Of a stretch of 64,000 nt of DNA, positions 62,881 through 64,000 are shown piece by piece. The DNA comes from Fimbriosthenelais zetlandica (taxonomy: Eukaryota): NCBI GenBank assembly GCA_977030845.1, contig OZ365114.1, positions 20,460,001 through 20,524,000 on the forward strand, read 5' to 3'. The first letter of the stretch is position 1; each line of letters opens with the position of its first letter. The notes under the pieces are model-generated. The model was not told where the DNA came from. It made no database searches and saw nothing but the letters and a program-made list of their open reading frames with translations. A program made the position numbers and the translations under genes.

Positions 62881-64000
62881 TGACTTCTCAGAAACAGGTT
62901 ATTATATGTGACGAGTTTTCATGAAATGAGTCTAGAGTCGCACACTTATTTCTCTCAGCATTTTCGCAATAAAAGGAAGGATACAATATTTTTACTATTT
63001 CTGTGAGTGAAATTAAGAAAAGTTCAACTTTGTGCGTGTTGTCCCTTCAAGATTTCTTCCAGTTGGACAGAAAAATTGTCTGAAATGGGTATTTTCTCTA
63101 GTTTCCGCAGTCACTAACTTTATTCCTTGAAATTGTATTAAAAATATGAATATTTTTCAGACCTCCTTGTACTATACATCATTACAGCTCATAATCTGCT
63201 CTATACGAATCTGCAACTAACTCAAAATAAATTTTTGCGACTTTCATTTCATGAAAACACGTCACATATAATTACTGGAACTTGTATTCCCTTTGACGTT
63301 CAATTTCTTCTACACTTGTTGTTGAATTCTAAATGGTACGGTACGAGTAAAGTGGCAACATTGTGGTGTACTGCTACTAATATTATGTGAAACATGTAGT
63401 ACTTGGGTGCTCAATTTTTAGGTGGTACATGAAATCATTTGTAACATGTATACATATTTCACTGCATGTGAAAAAACCCTGAAAAAAGCAAAGGATTCTT
63501 GTCGCGTCTTGTCAAATTCACTGTAAGAATAGATTGTTCCAGGTGAAAATTTAAGAACTTTATCAGGTGTTTGTGTCGCCTTGTCCCCTTTGGTCCATAA
63601 ACTGCTACTGTTCCCTAATAGAAATTTTTCAAAATTCATCCATGACCATGAACTATAGTTCTCATCTGATGCATTATTTTGACGGGACAATGCATCATTT
63701 TACTCTACTCGGACAAGGTTGGACTCGGTTGGACACATTTTTGGGAGAGTACTATTTCTAGGCCTAACTAGAATAAAAAGGTCCGTGGGCCCACCGGTCC
63801 TGATATACAACTAAAAATATACGCTGAGTGTCCAATAGTTCAACTTCACTATTTATGAGTTTAGATACATCCTGTTTCATTCAAGTTTACATGGCAACAT
63901 CCAGTAAGACTTGTTGAATTTTCATGTGCCATTACAGCTCAAAATAATTCATGTTCAATACATGTCAATGTGGATTTTTACAATATCCGTTTCTCATTGG

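Noticed and set aside
63418-63690. 90-aa minus ORF near the right edge
   Set aside because: No recognisable domain; it could belong to the adjacent mobile element but this is unsupported.
1-64000. CRISPR arrays, rRNA, tRNA or prokaryotic operons
   Set aside because: No regularly spaced repeat-spacer array, cloverleaf or rRNA-like sequence seen; gene structure is spliceosomal and eukaryotic.

Overview
AT-rich, intron-containing genomic DNA from an animal, probably a marine invertebrate (inference from gene content, intron style and TAGGCCTA richness); it is not prokaryotic and has no CRISPR, rRNA or tRNA signal that I can support. From left to right: (1) the 5' part of a minus-strand LAMMER/CLK (Doa-like) kinase gene. 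It shows a non-coding exon 1 and two RS-rich coding exons, and its introns carry candidate alternative first, cassette, micro- and poison exons plus a ~310-aa acidic exon; the kinase exons lie left of the window. (2) A 3-exon MRPL53, head-to-head with it. (3) A cytosolic-type sulfotransferase homologue with degenerate PAPS-binding motifs. (4) An unresolved 27-33 kb region. (5) A 7-exon ENDOU-family endoribonuclease with a type II membrane anchor. (6) Two tandem, TATA-driven paralogues for secreted low-complexity proteins that share an unrecognised 38-aa motif. (7) A GBP/atlastin-family GTPase with an apparent signal peptide. (8) A KLHL26-like BTB-BACK-Kelch gene. (9) Decayed mobile DNA: a LINE fragment, a LINE-ORF1-like/NADAR pseudogene and an internally deleted YqaJ-exonuclease/PHD ORF. 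All gene models were assembled by hand from splice signals and reading-frame phase, and family calls come from motif recall, not database searches.
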